Under the pieces are notes generated by a model. It did not search any database. It was not told the DNA's origin and worked only from the letters and a program-made list of their open reading frames with translations. Below, piece after piece: positions 56,148 through 56,804 of a DNA stretch of 56,804 bases. The position numbers and the translations under genes were made by a program. The stretch is from contig JALRFY010000248.1 in the NCBI GenBank assembly GCA_023253625.1, positions 1 through 56,804 on the forward strand. Direction: 5' to 3'. Within the stretch, counting starts at the first letter, position 1. Every line of letters begins with the position of its first letter. This stretch comes from Akkermansiaceae bacterium (GTDB taxonomy: Bacteria > Verrucomicrobiota > Verrucomicrobiia > Verrucomicrobiales > Akkermansiaceae).

Positions 56148-56804
56148 TCAACGCGGCGGCAGCGGTGGTGGCTTGGTGGCCTGCGGACTGCGCAGGAGGC
56201 ACCCGCCGGCATTGAACTGTTGCCAACCCCAGGCGAGCCAGCGGATCAGCGAGGCGGCGAGCCACAGCGCCCACAGCAGCATGAGCAGGCGATACCACCA
56301 GACTGAGATCGAGAGACATGCGGGCTGCGGCAGCGTTCCATCGCTGCGGGCCTGATACCAGTTTAGCACGGTGCGCGTGGACTCATTGCCGCTGATGAAC
56401 ATTTCCGGGCTGCCGAGCAGACCGGCGGCGACGATGCCGATGAAAATGCCCAATACCCCCAGCGATACCAGTGCGAGCAAGCCTTGCAGGGTGTTATGCA
56501 GCCAGTTTGGCAGGCGTGGAAATGACGGGCCGCCGCGCCAAGCGAGCAGGAACAACCAGCCGGCTACCACCAGTGCCCCGGGCAGCGGGATCTGGGTGAG
56601 GCCCACCGCCAACAGCATCCATTCGTGGATTTTGAGCGGCGAGCGGCGCAGACGTCCCAAAACCCACGCGGCGAGTAGCGAGCTCAGCAGAATACCCCAG
56701 AAACGCACTGCCGGGCCACGCAGCGGGCCATCGGTCCACAGCACCCAGCGATCGTCAGGCACTTGAATGGTGGTGGTGATATTGGCGCTTTCCACCGGCA
56801 GTGT
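56148..56804 (-). CDS. C-terminal part of a multi-TM hypothetical protein (runs off the window)
   Basis: Frame is open to the window edge. GP..GPAVRFW, L.WYQ, WYRLLML.WALWLA. Confidence 0.85.
   Translation of the reverse strand, partial: TLPVESANITTTIQVPDDRWVLWTDGPLRGPAVRFWGILLSSLLAAWVLGRLRRSPLKIHEWMLLAVGLTQIPLPGALVVAGWLFLLAWRGGPSFPRLPNWLHNTLQGLLALVSLGVLGIFIGIVAAGLLGSPEMFISGNESTRTVLNWYQARSDGTLPQPACLSISVWWYRLLMLLWALWLAASLIRWLAWGWQQFNAGGCLLRSPQATKPPPLPPR

Overview
A GC-rich, gene-dense bacterial chromosomal segment. PEP-CTERM proteins, PSCyt/DUF1549/DUF1553 plus DUF1501 genes, H-X9-DG pseudopilins and a sulfatase point to Verrucomicrobiota, probably Luteolibacter/Haloferula-like (inference). 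Most of it is housekeeping: xseA, panE, pgsA, lpdA, tatD, trpF, PNP, nuoA, plsC, murJ, ilvC, rsgA, tRNA-Cys, accD, a SNF2 helicase and rimO. Three regions stand out. (1) At 1-1900, a REP-associated tyrosine transposase sits in an array of three ~90-bp REP-hairpin repeats that separate gene-sized cargo (RAYT | membrane ORF + vapBC | xseA). Each repeat carries the same ATG, which starts RAYT, starts XseA, or is translationally coupled to the next gene. (2) At 44.3-51.9 kb, a putative metal (zinc)-starvation locus combines a COG0523 GTPase, two His-motif pseudopilins, four His-motif secreted or PEP-CTERM proteins, Fur-type palindromes and a CxxC/polyproline leader-like ORF, with no classical transporter. 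(3) At 20.4-21.0 kb, a BlaI-family regulator is fused to a histone H1-like tail that may also be translated on its own. Several small gene or mobile-element remnants are also visible (IS1634 start, internally deleted kinase, pabB-like fragment, possible island scar after tRNA-Cys). All family calls come from recognising motifs by eye; no searches were run. Many start codons were moved by hand relative to the ORF track.
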